DNA of 63,763 bases, filler included, from Octopus bimaculoides (GCF_001194135.2; 3 parts of 3 records of this genome joined end to end with filler, not necessarily neighbours in it); one strand, 5' to 3'. Positions 14,047-28,137 are shown, counted from the whole stretch's first letter. Numbers and translations: made by a program. The notes: a model not told the origin generated them from the letters alone.

Positions 14047-14232
14047 GTGAATTCGGCGATGTTTGCAAGGGGAAACTTCGTGTGCCTGGTCGCCAAGATA
14101 TGACGGTCGCTATAAAAACGTTAAAACCAGGAGCAACAGAAAAAAATCGTTTAGATTTCCTCACAGAAGCTAGTATTATGGGTCAGTTTGAAGATGCTAA
14201 TGTCATCTTCTTAGAAGGAGTAGTAACTAAAA
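14047..14232 (+). CDS. Eph: Eph kinase exon (186 nt, phase 1-1): Gly-rich loop, VAIK lysine, helix C
   Basis: tctattttccag|GT...AAAA|gtaagt; (G)[61 protein letters not shown]. Confidence 0.97.
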
Positions 14233-14511
14233 GTAAGTTTCTGTTTAATTATTTTTCATTTCGTAGACATGGTTCAAATGGAAGGAATTTCTTTCATTAT
14301 TGTATTTATATTGTTTTTTTTTCTTGTTGTTGTTGTTTCTTTTTCTTTATTGGATGTTGGTTTTTGTGTATATGAGAAACATTTGGCTTTGAGGCTATCA
14401 GTGCAGACAGGGCTAAATGGTTAAGATAGTTTAATTTACAGGTACTTGGTTTTGAATATAATTCCATACCATTCCACCTTGGACTGGTAACTTGTGTAAT
14501 AGCCTCGTGAA

Positions 14512-14845
14512 GGTGCATGGCTCAGTGGTTAGAGCGCCGAGCTTACGATCATGAAGTTGTGAGTTCAAATCCCAGACCAAGCTGCATGTTGTGTTCTTGA
14601 GCAAGACACTTTATTTCCCGTTGCTCCAGTTCACTCAGCTGTAGAAATTAGTAGCGACGTCACAGGTGCCAAGCTGTATCAGCCCCTTTGCTTTTCCCTT
14701 GGATAACATCGGTGGCATGGAGAGGGGAGGCCAGTATGCATGGGCGATTACTGGTATTTCATAAACAGCTTTGCCCGGACTTGTGCCTTGGATGGTAACT
14801 TTCTAGGTGCAATCCCATGGTCAGTCATGACCGAAGGGGGTCTCA
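14512..14845 (+). mobile_element. tRNA-derived SINE family B
   Basis: GGCTCAGTGGTTAGAGC (box A) ... GAGTTCAAATCCC (box B); same body as 5565. Confidence 0.85.
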
Positions 14846-15129
14846 GCAACCCTAAGTTTCATGCTAGGTTTCAACAGTGGGTTTGTTGATTGTCAGTTTG
14901 TTCATCTGACTATATTAACATGCAACATTTTTGGCTAGCCACATCACGCTTCAGTGTACTATCAGATAACTAGTTGACCGAAAAATATTAGCAAACCTGT
15001 GACTTATTACTCTATTAATGGGAAACAGTGTTATGGTGGTGAGTCACTGAGTGTAACTTAGGTTATAAATACATGTATATAATTTGGTGTGTGTGTGTAT
15101 ATATATCACGATTACATGAACGACTACAT

Positions 15130-15251
15130 TATATATGTATGTATATATATATACATATATATATATATATACATATATATATACATATATACATATATAT
15201 ATATGATGATGATGATGATATATATATATACATACATACATATATACATAC

Positions 15252-15316
<65 letters not shown>

Positions 15317-15481
15317 CATACATATATACATACATATATATATACATACATATATATATACATACATATATATATACATACATATATATATACATACATA
15401 TATATATACATACATATATATATACATACATATATATATACATACATATATACATACATATATATATACATATATATATAC

Positions 15482-15546
<65 letters not shown>

Positions 15547-15655
15547 CATATATATATATATACATACATATATATATACATACATATATATATATATACA
15601 TACATATACATACATATATATATACATACATATACATATACATACATATATATAT

Positions 15656-15688
<33 letters not shown>

Positions 15689-15755
15689 CATATATACATA
15701 CATACATATATACATACATACATATATATATATATAGAGAGAGAGAGATAGAGAG
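15130..15755. repeat. (TA)n/(TACA)n compound microsatellite
   Basis: Read directly from the sequence. Confidence 0.95.
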
Positions 15756-16129
15756 ATACTAAACTTTTATAATTATAAGCTAAAATAGCTTCACCACATA
15801 CCGAAATTTAGAAATAGCAGTTAAAACACTATTCTACTACCATAATATTTCATTACCCCTGGCAGCATCACTCACAACATACACAGGCAAAAAGAAATAA
15901 AAAAAATAACAAATCCACCCGGCTTTGATTAACTGTGTACGCATTTGAGGATTAAAGAGATGTAAAAATATATTACTCAACTTATATTACTCAACTTACT
16001 TCCATCATCAGCACAGTCTTCCAAATCATAAATCTGAGAATGCTAATAATTAAGAAGATGCATTCGACCAAGCGCCCTCAAACATCTTATATCCAAAAAT
16101 CCGCATATCTGTATATTTTTACCAGCATT

Positions 16130-16672
16130 GCCTTACTGGCATTTGTGCTGGTGGCACATGAAAAAACATTCGAGTGAGGTCATTGCCAGTGCCGCTGGAC
16201 TGGCTCCTGTGCAGGTGGCATGTAAAATACACCACTTATCAGGGTGCCAGTCCTTCACACATATAGACTATAACCAGCCCTGATCAGGCCACCTTCCCAA
16301 CTAACCTCTGCAGTCATACCTGTTTGTCTTGAATTGGACATGTCAGGCATCAGCAAGTCTGAAGCAGATGTGGATATACCCCTCTGTGAATCTTCTCACA
16401 TGAAGCCAAGCCATAATGTGCAGGTGGCACGTAAAATACACCATTTTGAGTGTGGCCATCGCCAGTACCGCCTGACTGGCCTTTGTGCCGGTGGCACGTA
16501 AAAGTACCCACTACACTTTCGGAGTGGTTGGTGTTAGGAAGGGCATCCAGCTGTAGAAACTCTGCCAGATCAGATTGGAGTCTGGTGTAGCCATCTGGTT
16601 CGCCAGTCCTCAGTCAAATCGTCCAACCTATGCTACTAGCATGGAAGGCGGACATTAAACAATGATGATGAT
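16130..16672 (+). mobile_element. RTE-LINE 3' UTR with (GAT)n tail and a 182-bp insert
   Basis: GGAAGGGCATCCAGCTGTAGAAACTCTGCC...GGACATTAAACAATGATGATG. Confidence 0.85.
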
Positions 16673-17074
16673 ATCGATAGATAGTACTTAAAATTGTGGT
16701 TTAAATTATTTATGTTTGGAAAGATATTTTTTTAAAAAATGTAATTTTGTTTATTTATTCCATTTTTATTCCGTTGCTGTTTTATTTGTAGTGAAGTTCT
16801 TCTCCATATGGCCATATCAGTCAGAATGTAAGTAAGGTGTTTGATGTAGCCACTGCACTGTGCCACCATATATGGCACACCACATTCTAATCCTACTTAA
16901 TATCAGCAGTATCCTCATCGCCGTTAACAACAGAGACTAGTATTATCACTATTACCATACCACCAGCATCAACTCCCCACCCTGCCCCCCACCACCAATT
17001 CTTGGATTTATGCTTTTTAAAAGCAATATATATTGAACAAGTTGTTATTTGTGCATCGAATCTGTTCTTTTATA

Positions 17075-17460
17075 CTTTCACTTGTTTGAGTCATTTGACT
17101 GTGGCCATACTGGAGCACTGCATTAAAGGGGTTTTTTTTTAGTCAAACAAATTGATCCCAGAAGTTATTTCTTAAGCCTAGTACTTATTCCATCAGTCTC
17201 TTTTGCTGAACTGCTTGGTTATAGGGATTTAAACACACCGACATCGGTTGTCAAATGGTGATGAGGAAACAGACACAAACACACACACACACACACATGA
17301 TGGGCTTCTTTCAGTTTCCGTCTACCAAATCCACTCATATGTCTTTGGTTAGCCTGAGGCTGTAGTAGAAGACACTTCCCCAAGGTGCCACACAGTAGGA
17401 CCGAACTCAGAACCATGTTGTTGGGAAGCCAGCTTCTTACCACACAGTCACACCTCCTCC
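17075..17460 (-). mobile_element. SINE family A, full length with internal microsatellite
   Basis: Head, (CA)n and tail GACTGAAACAAGT in reverse orientation. Confidence 0.85.
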
Positions 17461-17560
17461 TATATTGATCTTTTTTTTTTTTTAAATTCAAAAGCACAAA
17501 GTCTGCCTGAAGAATATAAGCTTAAGCTGAAACTTATCCCAGTTTCTGAGTCATATAGGA

Positions 17561-17925
17561 CCAGGTGTGGCTGTGTGATGAGAAGTTTGTGTCTCAACGA
17601 TATGGTTCTGGTTTCAGTCCCACTGCACAGCACCTTGGACAATATCTTTTCTATACATTTGGGCCAACCGAAGCCTTGTGAGTGGATTTGGTGAATGGAA
17701 ACCGAAAGAAGCCTCTCTCTCTCTCTCTCTGTATATCTTAAATCACCACTTGACAACTGGTGTTGGTGTGTTTACATCCTTATAACTTAGCAGTTCGGTA
17801 AGAGAATAACAGAATTAGCACCAGGCTTGAAAAAAAATAAGTACCGGTCTTGAATTCATTTGATTAAAATTCTTCAAAGTGATGCTCCAGCATGGCCACA
17901 ATCTAATGACTGAAACAAGTAAGAG
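17561..17925 (+). mobile_element. SINE family A, head-to-head with 17075-17460
   Basis: Head, (CT)n, tail. Confidence 0.85.
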
Positions 17926-18780
17926 ATAAAAGAATCTAGAGATTGTGAGTGAGTGTGTGCATGTGTGTGAGTGTGTATAGGATAAGTTAATCCAAAATGC
18001 TGCTTACATTATTCTAAATCCCATTTTATGGTCTGTCTAATAATAATAATGTGATTTGATGGGGAAATTTAGCTGGACATGATGTATCCAACTGCCCAAG
18101 GGAAGCAGGATGCTATTTGCCGGTGACAAGCGGAGCGAAGTGAAGTTTAAAATTTACTCCAAGGAAGATGGATAGCTACAGCTAAAAGGACACTTAGAAA
18201 GTGGAGAGGAAAGAAATGTCGTGATTGGAGTACAATTGCATGCAAACAAAGGAGAATTTTCGAAGAAATTGAAGAAATAAGAAAACAGAAGAAATTTTAA
18301 AAATATAAAAAGAAAAAAACTACAACTGGAAAAGAAGCAATTATATGAAAAATTGATAGAAACTGGATAACGATGTTAATCTCTAACTGAGATGATGAAT
18401 GAACAAGCCTATATATACACACACATATATATATTTATGTATATATATTTATGCACATTTTGCCATTCTTGGTAATCACTTTACCCCTATCCCCAACGTC
18501 AGAGTGAAATGGCCTCCCCACCACTTCATTGTCAAACATGCTCTATTTATCAGCTAATTATCTATTAATTTTATCAAGCATTTATCATTTAATTTCATAC
18601 AACATTCATTTGTTAAGGTCGGATGTTTAACTGTCAAGGTGGATTTTTGGGGTTTTCCATGCTTTTTTTTCTGGAGCATCTTTTTTTTTTTTTGCTTTGC
18701 TTATTGTAAATTTTTATCTTCATCCCCCACCCTGCTTTTTTTTTTTTAACCCTTTTTCCATTCTTGAAATNNNNNNNNNN

Positions 18781-18863
<83 letters not shown>

Positions 18864-20183
18864 TATGTAATAGGAAATGGTCCCACTCTTAGTGTTGTTT
18901 TTTGTTGGTATTGTAATTTGTGTGTCATTGCATCTTAAACACAATATCTCATCATCAAACTGCTATTTTACTTTTAGTATTGTTTTAGGAGGAAGGTAAG
19001 GGTATTTTATTGTCTTTCCCCTCCACCACCTGCCCAAATAGGAAAACACTACCTCCACCTTACACTGTCCCATCTCTCTCCTTCTCTGTCTCTCTCACTG
19101 TCCCCACTGCATTTTTTTTTAGTAAGTGTGCCCATCATTCTTAAAAACACAAAACACCCTCACACGCATTCACTCTCTGTCTGTCTGTCTGTCTCTCAGA
19201 ATTTCTCATCACAACAGGGTTCACAAATTACAATACTTGCTTACAACTTCAAACCCTATTAACCCCTTGCAGCCTAGTTTAGTAATGACAGTCTGTGCTG
19301 TATACCAGTATTAGGCCATTCAGTAACTGCATCATTTTTCATACAAGGAATGTGACAATGTATTTACAGTTTTTCCCCAGTGTGGTCCATTTGAAAACAC
19401 AGTGCCACACAGACAGAGTGAGACATAGCACTGCTCACACACACAGCGTTTCAATATGATCAATACTGCTTCTCATCTACAAAGGGTTAAGTAGTTGGAT
19501 GGTTTTTTTATGCTGAAACTTCATATAAAATAACAGAGCCTCATCTGAACTATGAAACTCTAAATAAACATAATAAATCTGTATGCCATTTTCTGGTACT
19601 TTATTTTAACAGTCCCAATAGGCTGAAAAGCAAAGTGGACTTCAGTGCTTTGAGAATGGACAAATAATGCAAGGGAATTGTTCCTCTGCTCCAGTGATTG
19701 CCAAACTGGCACCATAGAGAATTTCTTAAGCATGAAGCAGTACCATTCACCCATGTCTTAACCATAGTGCAGCCATAGCCATTCACGCTTTCTCACATTT
19801 GGATGGTTTAGGCAAACAATCAATTCATAATTTAATCTTAGTTATATAACAAAATGTCTGAATCTTAACGAACAGGTTTTAATGTGGTCATTTTACCTAC
19901 TAGAAAATAGCAGCTAAATACTCCTCAAAAACAAATACACTGTGACCATCTGGTTAAGAAGCTCACTTTGCAACAACAGGGTTTCAGGTTCAAATTCACT
20001 ATTTGGCACTTTGGTCTTGTGACATCTATTATATTATATGGGATATTTGGATTTATGTCATACATGAAGAATTATTTTGGGTGTTAATTCTATTTGAATT
20101 TATTGGTATCTGATTGTTTGATGTAGTTTACGAAATTCATTTAACATTGTGTGCCCTATAGATATCTACCCAGATTTATTAAT

Positions 20184-20220
<37 letters not shown>

Positions 20221-21541
20221 CATGTTATCCTAAGCAGCAGTGCATGGTACTACAATTTTTGACTTAAGTCAAATATAGCAAATTACTCCAAATCGTTGTT
20301 GGAATATTCACTTAAGTAGAGTCTGAACTGGCCAGTTTGTATTGGCATTGAGTCATAGAAGTTGTGATAATTTGAACTGTTTTAACTGAGGAAGATCTTA
20401 CATAATGGATGTATTTCCTTTTATATTCTACACAGACCCAAAACGTATGTATTNNNNNNNNNNNNNNNNNNNNNNNNNNNNNNNNNNNNNNNNNNNNNNN
20501 NNNNNNNNNNNNNNNNNNNNNNNNNNNNNNNNNNNNNNNNNNNNNNNNNNNNNNNNNNNNNNNNNNNNNNNNNNNNNNNNNNNNNNNNNNNNNNNNNNNN
20601 NNNNNNNNNNNNNNNNNNNNNNNNNNNNNNNNNNNNNNNNNNNNNNNNNNNNNNNNNNNNNNNNNNNNNNNNNNNNNNNNNNNNNNNNNNNNNNNNNNNN
20701 NNNNNNNNNNNNNNNNNNNNNNNNNNNNNNNNNNNNNNNNNNNNNNNNNNNNNNNNNNNNNNNNNNNNNNNNNNNNNNNNNNNNNNNNNNNNNNNNNNNN
20801 NNNNNNNNNNNNNNNNNNNNNNNNNNNNNNNNNNNNNNNNNNNNNNNNNNNNNNNNNNNNNNNNNNNNNNNNNNNNNNNNNNNNNNNNNNNNNNNNNNNN
20901 NNNNNNNNNNNNNNNNNNNNNNNNNNNNNNNNNNNNNNNNNNNNNNNNNNNNNNNNNNNNNNNNNNNNNNNNNNNNNNNNNNNNNNNNNNNNNNNNNNNN
21001 NNNNNNNNNNNNNNNNNNNNNNNNNNNNNNNNNNNNNNNNNNNNNNNNNNNNNNNNNNNNNNNNNNNNNNNNNNNNNNNNNNNNNNNNNNNNNNNNNNNN
21101 NNNNNNNNNNNNNNNNNNNNNNNNNNNNNNNNNNNNNNNNNNNNNNNNNNNNNNNNNNNNNNNNNNNNNNNNNNNNNNNNNNNNNNNNNNNNNNNNNNNN
21201 NNNNNNNNNNNNNNNNNNNNNNNNNNNNNNNNNNNNNNNNNNNNNNNNNNNNNNNNNNNNNNNNNNNNNNNNNNNNNNNNNNNNNNNNNNNNNNNNNNNN
21301 NNNNNNNNNNNNNNNNNNNNNNNNNNNNNNNNNNNNNNNNNNNNNNNNNNNNNNNNNNNNNNNNNNNNNNNNNNNNNNNNNNNNNNNNNNNNNNNNNNNN
21401 NNNNNNNNNNNNNNNNNNNNNNNNNNNNNNNNNNNNNNNNNNNNTATTGACACAAAACAAACTGGCAAATTCAAGAACAAATTTAATGCTGCAGTAAAGG
21501 ATGTGCAAAGCCACCTACATTCACACACACGTGTGTATATA

Positions 21542-21599
<58 letters not shown>

Positions 21600-22929
21600 C
21601 ACACAGAGAAAGAGAGTGACTCACATATATGCACATATGTATTTATATATGTATATACATGTGTGTGTGTATATCCCCATCCACACACAGAGTAAGTGAG
21701 GAATTCATATATACACACACAAGTGTATGACAAAAAGAGACAGACTGGCATATATTCATATATACACACTTTTATACATAAACACATACACATGTATATA
21801 TTCATACACACACTTGTGTGTATATGAGTGTATATGTGTGTACAGAGAGAGAGAGAGAAAGAGTTGCATACATGTGTGTATATGAGAGACACTGGCATAT
21901 ATATGTATATATATATATATACATATATACACATGCATACAGGCTGCCATCAATGAACTGACGTAATTCAATGATGTGAATGATTTTTTTGAAATTAAAT
22001 AAACGAGGAATTGTCTTCAGTTTGCTTCTGGCATGTTATCTTGTACCATTGTCTGGTAGTCTGGGAGACTGTGGATGGAATTGGCGGATGACGATGGAGT
22101 GGCAAGGGCTGTTGGTGGTGGAGAAATGGAGGGGAGGGGGAGGGGGAGAAAAAGGTTGAATGAATGGGGGGAGAGTTAGGAGGTTGGCGTGAGTTAGTTG
22201 TCGGAGATATTGCGAGAGATAGATCCATTGATGGCGGGCGGTTTGTATAAGATGAAGGTGAGGAATGGATGCGAGGTCCAGCGAGACTTGGGGTAAGGGA
22301 TTTAGGATGGTTGAGTTTTTTTTTGTTTTTTTGGCGGGTGGCTGTGTGGAAGGGGGTGGAGTGAAAAGAGTGGAGAGAGGGTAGGTACTGTGTAAATGTT
22401 CCAGGGTAAGACTGAGAGAGAGAAAAAGTGGGAGAGAGGGCCTACTGAAAGGGTATTAAATATGAGGTGTTAAATAAAGAGTGGGCGAAGAGTTGTTTAT
22501 GTTAGAATTTAACATGTGGTAGAGAAAGGAGAGAGGACAAGGTGGACTTGGGTCAAAATGAAACAGTGATGTTAGCATAAAGCGAGAATTTGAGGGAGAG
22601 AGAGGGAGGGAGANNNNNNNNNNNNNNNNNNNNNNNNNNNNNNNNNNNNNNNNNNNNNNNNNNNNNNNNNNNNNNNNNNNNNNNNNNNNNNNNNNNNNNN
22701 NNNNNNNNNNNNNNNNNNNNNNNNNNNNNNNNNNNNNNNNNNNNNNNNNNNNNNNNNNNNNNNNNNNNNNNNNNNNNNNNNNNNNNNNNNNNNNNNNNNN
22801 NNNNNNNNNNNNNNNNNNNNNNNNNNNNNNNNNNNNNNNNNNNNNNNNNNNNNNNNNNNNNNNNNNNNNNNNNNNNNNNNNNNNNNNNNNNNNNNNNNNN
22901 NNNNNNNNNNNNNNNNNNNNNNNNNNNNN

Positions 22930-22956
22930 GAGAGAGAGAGAGAATGAGCAGAGATA

Positions 22957-23005
<49 letters not shown>

Positions 23006-23020
23006 TGCAGAGATAGAAAG

Positions 23021-23063
<43 letters not shown>

Positions 23064-23880
23064 AAAGCAGAGATAGAAAGAGAGAGAGACAGATAAAATA
23101 AGAAAGTAAATGGAGAAAGAGAGAAAGAGACTAGAAGGGGTAAATAAAATAGAAGGGAGAAACACTGTGACAAGGAGAAATAAATAAGTAGGGGAGAGAG
23201 AGAGGAAGTACGTAAGTGATAGAGAGAAAAGGGTAACATGTTGGATACAGAGAGATAGAGACATACATGGTATGTTAGATAGAGAGAGGTGTAGTGTGTG
23301 AAATAGAGAGAGACAGACATAGATGTTGTGTATGTGTGTGTATGTATGTATGAGAGAGAGAGAGATGGAGGGGAGTAGAGGTGGAGAGGATAAGATTAAG
23401 AAAAGCACAACAGTAAAACTGCTAAAAGAAAAAAAGTAGAAATATAAAGCTGTTGACAGAAATAAAAACACAGAAAAGGGATGCAAACTCTGTGTGTGTG
23501 TGAGAGAGAGAAAGAGAGAGAGAGGGGGAGGGTGATGGTGTGTTGTGTAGGAGAGCAACAGAATTGTCTTAATTTTGGTTGGATTGTCTGAGTTCTGTTG
23601 CCAATTCTTGCCAATTCCATCCACTTACTGTCACCAATCAATACCACACACACACGCACAGAAACAGATGTACATACACACACACTCTCACTCTCACACA
23701 CTTTCTCTCTTTCTCTCTACTCTCCTCACTTCACCAACATCTCACATAATTCTTTATTGTACTCTCACCTCTCTCTCTCTCACATTCAGTCTCTCTCTCT
23801 CTCTCTCACATTCAGTCTCTTTCTCTCTCTCACATTCAGTCTCTCTCTCTCTTATAACCTATCTAACCCACTCCCTCTCA
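22930..23880. repeat. GA-rich then CT-rich low-complexity block
   Basis: Purine-skewed to about 23560, pyrimidine-skewed from about 23690. Confidence 0.85.
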
Positions 23881-23939
23881 CCCTCATTATATTCTATATT
23901 ATTATTATTATCATCATTCTAGTTTTCAATGTTTGCATC

Positions 23940-24468
23940 CTTTCCTACATTCTCCAGGCAGTTTTAATATTTGCTTCTCTGTCCTCAAGTTTGTCTTTCC
24001 GTGTATCCTATCCTATCTTATCCACCCAGGGTGGGTCGACAGATTGCTGGATATTGGACATTGGGACACTTGGGAGATGTAGGGCTGGTGACGATTTTGC
24101 TCTTTGTTTTGTTTCCATCAGTTTGTGGCGCGGGTTATTCTCAATTTAGCTGTCACAGCTCATTTAAGTAATTGTTACACATCATTATGTAACTTGGCTC
24201 TCTCATCCTGGCCAGTGTGTAGCTGCTCATGTTAGTTTATGTGTGTTTTTGATTGTGTCTTGTTTGTGTTTCTTTCTTTTTTGTGCTTTCTTTTTTATTT
24301 TTTTTTAGTTAGAGCGACAGATTTGTGTATGGATGTTCTGCTCTCTTTTGACCATTGTTTGTAGTATTTGTGTGTGGTGTGAGCCTCTTGAAGCCAGCTA
24401 GTGAAATAAATTGATAAACTATGCTATTTGGTTCTAAATATTTAAAAAAAAAAAAAAAAAAAAAAAAA
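23940..24468 (+). mobile_element. Possible poly(A)-tailed retroposon 3' end
   Basis: GT-rich block, AATAAA-like signal near 24405, then a poly(A) run of about 26 nt. Confidence 0.35.
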
Positions 24469-24480
24469 GTCTCTCAGCAT

Positions 24481-24890
24481 AGGCGTAGAAGTGGCCATAG
24501 GCGCGGGAGTGGTTGTGTTGTAAGTAGCTTGCTTACGAACCACATGGTTCCGGGTTCAGTCCCACTGCGTAGCACCTTGGGCAAGTGTCTTCTACTATAA
24601 CCTCGGGCCAACCAAAGCCTTGTGAGTGGATTTGGTAGACGGAAACCGAAAGAAGCCCTTCATATATATATGTGTGTGTGTGTGTTTGTGTGTCTGTGTG
24701 TGTCCCACCAACATCGCTTGACAACCGATGCTGGTGTGTTTACGTCCCTGTAAATTAGCAGCTCAGCAAAAGAGACCGATAGAATAAGTACTAGGCTTAC
24801 AAAGAATAAGTCCTGAGATCGATTTGCTTGACTAAAGGCAGTGCTCCAGCATGGCCGCAGCTAAATGACTGAAACAAGTAAAAGAGTAAT
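24481..24890 (+). mobile_element. SINE family A, full length
   Basis: Box A/B-like head, (TA)(TG)n, tail ...GACTGAAACAAGTAAAAG. Confidence 0.9.
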
Positions 24891-25004
24891 ATGTATTTGT
24901 ATCTTACACATCTGTTTTATGGTATTATTATTATTATTATTATCATCATTATTATTATCATCATCATTATCATCATCATCATTATCATCATTATTATTAA
25001 GGCA

Positions 25005-25447
25005 ATGAGCTGGTAGAATTGTTAGCATGCTAGACAAAATGCTTAGCAGTATTTTGCCCATCGCTACATTCTGAGTTCAAATTCTGTCAAGGTCGACTTT
25101 GCTTTTCATCCTTTCAGGGTCAATAAATTAAGTACCTGTCAAACACTGGGGTCAATGGAATCAATTAGTCCCCTCCCGCAAAATTTCAGGCCTTGTGCCT
25201 TTAGTAGAAAGGATTATTATTATTATTATTATTGAGACAGCGAGGTGGCAGAATGGTTAGCATTGCCAGGCAAAATACTTAGTGACATTTCATCTGTCCT
25301 CATGTTCTGAGTTCAAATGCTGCCGGGGTTGACTTTGTCTTTTATCCTTTCAGGGTCAATAAATAAATTACCAGTCGAACACTGGGATCAATGTAATCGA
25401 CTGGTCCCCTTCCCCCAAAATTTCAGGCCTTGTGCCTTTAGTAAAAA
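25005..25447 (+). mobile_element. Two tandem CORE-type SINEs, each with an (ATT)n tail
   Basis: Copies at about 25005-25212 and about 25240-25447. Confidence 0.8.
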
Positions 25448-25521
25448 GGTTTATGATTATTATTATTATTATCATTATTATTATTATTATTATTATTGAT
25501 TTTTATATTTTTCTTTTGCAG

Positions 25522-25583
25522 GTCATCCCATTATGATAGTAACAGAATACATGGCAAATGGCTCCTTGGATACTTTCTTAAGA
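25522..25583 (+). CDS. Eph: Eph kinase hinge exon (62 nt, phase 1-0)
   Basis: ttcttttgcag|GT...AGA|gtgagt; (S)HPIMIVTEYMANGSLDTFLR; not in the ORF track, found by reading. Confidence 0.95.
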
Positions 25584-26209
25584 GTGAGTAGAATTACTTG
25601 AATTGCTTTTCTGGCCATTTATATAATTTATTATTCATTTTTTGAATTTTTTTAATCATTAACGTTTGAATGTATCGGCTGGATATGGCGAGTTTAAATG
25701 CTAAACAGTTAAGGCCAAATTTCCTATTACCACATATAAGCCTATGAGGGGGACTGCTATATATTAGTAACCAGACCCAGAAACAACATCCAAATCACCC
25801 TCAAATCAAACTGATTTTTGTTTTATGTGCTAATTAGTGGACCAACATTTAAAGTCCAAAGATTTGGGATTTTCCATGGGAAAGACAGTTTATTCTAGCC
25901 ATTTATTTACGAGTGACTCTGCTACTGCTAGGGATGGTACTGGGTCACATACATCAAGGCCTCTTCCTGCACCAATAGGCCAGTCTATGCTCTCTAGGAA
26001 CCTTCTCAGAGTTCTGTACTTTTTGGCCACATAAATATATAACTATCCATTGCTACTTAAATCATAATCGCAGCTCTTCATAGGGTCTACCACCCTGGGT
26101 AGAATCGGGTTGAGAAAACTACAGACTGAATCGATATTCCTTAAAGCTACTGGTTTCCTAAACTAAAGTTTCACCACAGAATGCAGTTAAAGAGGTGTGT
26201 ATGTGCATG

Positions 26210-26247
<38 letters not shown>

Positions 26248-26493
26248 TATCAAAATGTAGGTATATGTATGTATATATGCATGAAGGTATATGGTTTTAT
26301 ACATATACATGTATATATAAACGCATAAAAATATATATATATATATATGCATATACGTGCACATACATACATACACACACACACATATATGCACACATGC
26401 TTAGAGTGTCTGTTTATAGAGCACTATGATTAGTTAATTGACATTCCTCTATAAATACTGATATATCACTTTATATCTCTGCATCAAATGCCA

Positions 26494-26543
<50 letters not shown>

Positions 26544-26648
26544 TGTATATATCTTGTATAATATACACTTGTATAATAATGTTTGTTGTTCCAATAACGC
26601 CAGTCTCTAAACTCTAAATTTTCTGTCATATTCTTCCTGTTGTTCCAG

Positions 26649-26747
26649 AACAATGACGGAACATTTTCCTATCTTCAATTAATTGGTATGATGAGGGGCA
26701 TTTCGTCTGGAATGAAATATTTGTCAGAAATGAGTTATGTACACAGG
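26649..26747 (+). CDS. Eph: Eph kinase exon (99 nt, phase 0-0), up to the catalytic-loop HR
   Basis: cctgttgttccag|AAC...AGG|gtaaga; [33 protein letters not shown]; not in the ORF track. Confidence 0.95.
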
Positions 26748-27074
26748 GTAAGAATCATTTATAATATCCATTCACTGCACATTCCACTCTTGCTTACACC
26801 TTAGGGAGATTACTGACAAAATCCCTGATCTCTATCTCTGTATGTCTGCTTGTCTAGGTCTCTCTCTCTCTCTCTCTATACTTTTCTGTCTGTCTATCTG
26901 CCTATTTGTGTCTATGTATGAATCTATGTCTGTATGTATCTATCTATGTATCTATCTTTCTTTCTATCTATCTTTCTTTCTATCTATCTATGTATCTATC
27001 TATCTATCTCTCTCTCTCTGGTCTGTCTCTGTTTCTTCTATATTTTTCCTTCTCATTATACACACACACACACA

Positions 27075-27111
<37 letters not shown>

Positions 27112-27186
27112 TTGTATATGTATATATGGGTGTCTGTGTGTGCTTGTTTGTATATACATATTTGTGTATGTATATATATGCTTGTG

Positions 27187-27217
<31 letters not shown>

Positions 27218-27258
27218 GCACATATATGTGTTTTTGTGTATACATATATATATGTGTG

Positions 27259-27291
<33 letters not shown>

Positions 27292-27292
27292 C

Positions 27293-27325
<33 letters not shown>

Positions 27326-27712
27326 CCACACACACATATATATATATATATATAATACGTTGCCATTCTCCCTTCCTCCCTCTCTCTCTCTCTACCTGTC
27401 TATTCATTTGTCTATCACCCAATCTCTCCTTATTTGTTATTTCAACATTTGTCCTTTATCCATGTCACTCATCTGATTAAATGTTGTTTCTGATTGATGT
27501 TCTGGTTCAACTGCTTATGTCTATACTTGCATATGCTTGCATATATGTGTNNNNNNNNNNNNNNNNNNNNNNNNNNNNNNNNNNNNNNNNNNNNNNNNNN
27601 NNNNNNNNNNNNNNNNNNNNNNNNNNNNNNNNNNNNNNNNNNNNNNNNNNNNNNNNNNNNNNNNNNNNNNNNNNNNNNNNNNNNNNNNNNNNNNNNNNNN
27701 NNNNNNNNNNNN

Positions 27713-27757
<45 letters not shown>

Positions 27758-28137
27758 ATACGCCTGTATGGGTTTGTTGACTTTGAATGTGTATGCCTTT
27801 GCGTGTGTATGTGTCTTTTGCTTGAGTATGTGTGTGTGTATGACAATGTACGTATGTATGACAATGTGCTTATGTGACAATGTATATGTGTTAGTGTGTT
27901 CTGGTGTACATGTGTACATTGTGTTTATGCAGGTGTATGCATTAACGACTGCTTTGTCTTGTCTCGTTAATTACACATCTTCTAATTAAGTATTGATGAG
28001 TTTTAATATTAAACTGCAACATTGTCTGTAAAATTTATCTGGTTTTTTTGAAAATTTTCATTATTATTATTATCATCATCATCATCATCATCATTAGTAT
28101 TATTATTATTATTATTATTGTCATCATTGTTATTGCT

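Noticed and set aside
5565-14600. tRNA-like sequences at SINE 5' ends (e.g. 5565, 14512)
   Set aside because: Box A/B are present, but they run into SINE bodies and no complete cloverleaf is evident
18080-18380. Weak CR1/L2 RT-like peptide (MLFAGD...KIYSKEDG)
   Set aside because: Similarity too weak to call by eye; needs an HMM search
21995-22310. Pro/Ser-rich minus ORF and G-run cluster (possible G-quadruplex at about 22128-22171)
   Set aside because: Low complexity; the fourth G-run needs a long loop; the resemblance to a LINE endonuclease is marginal
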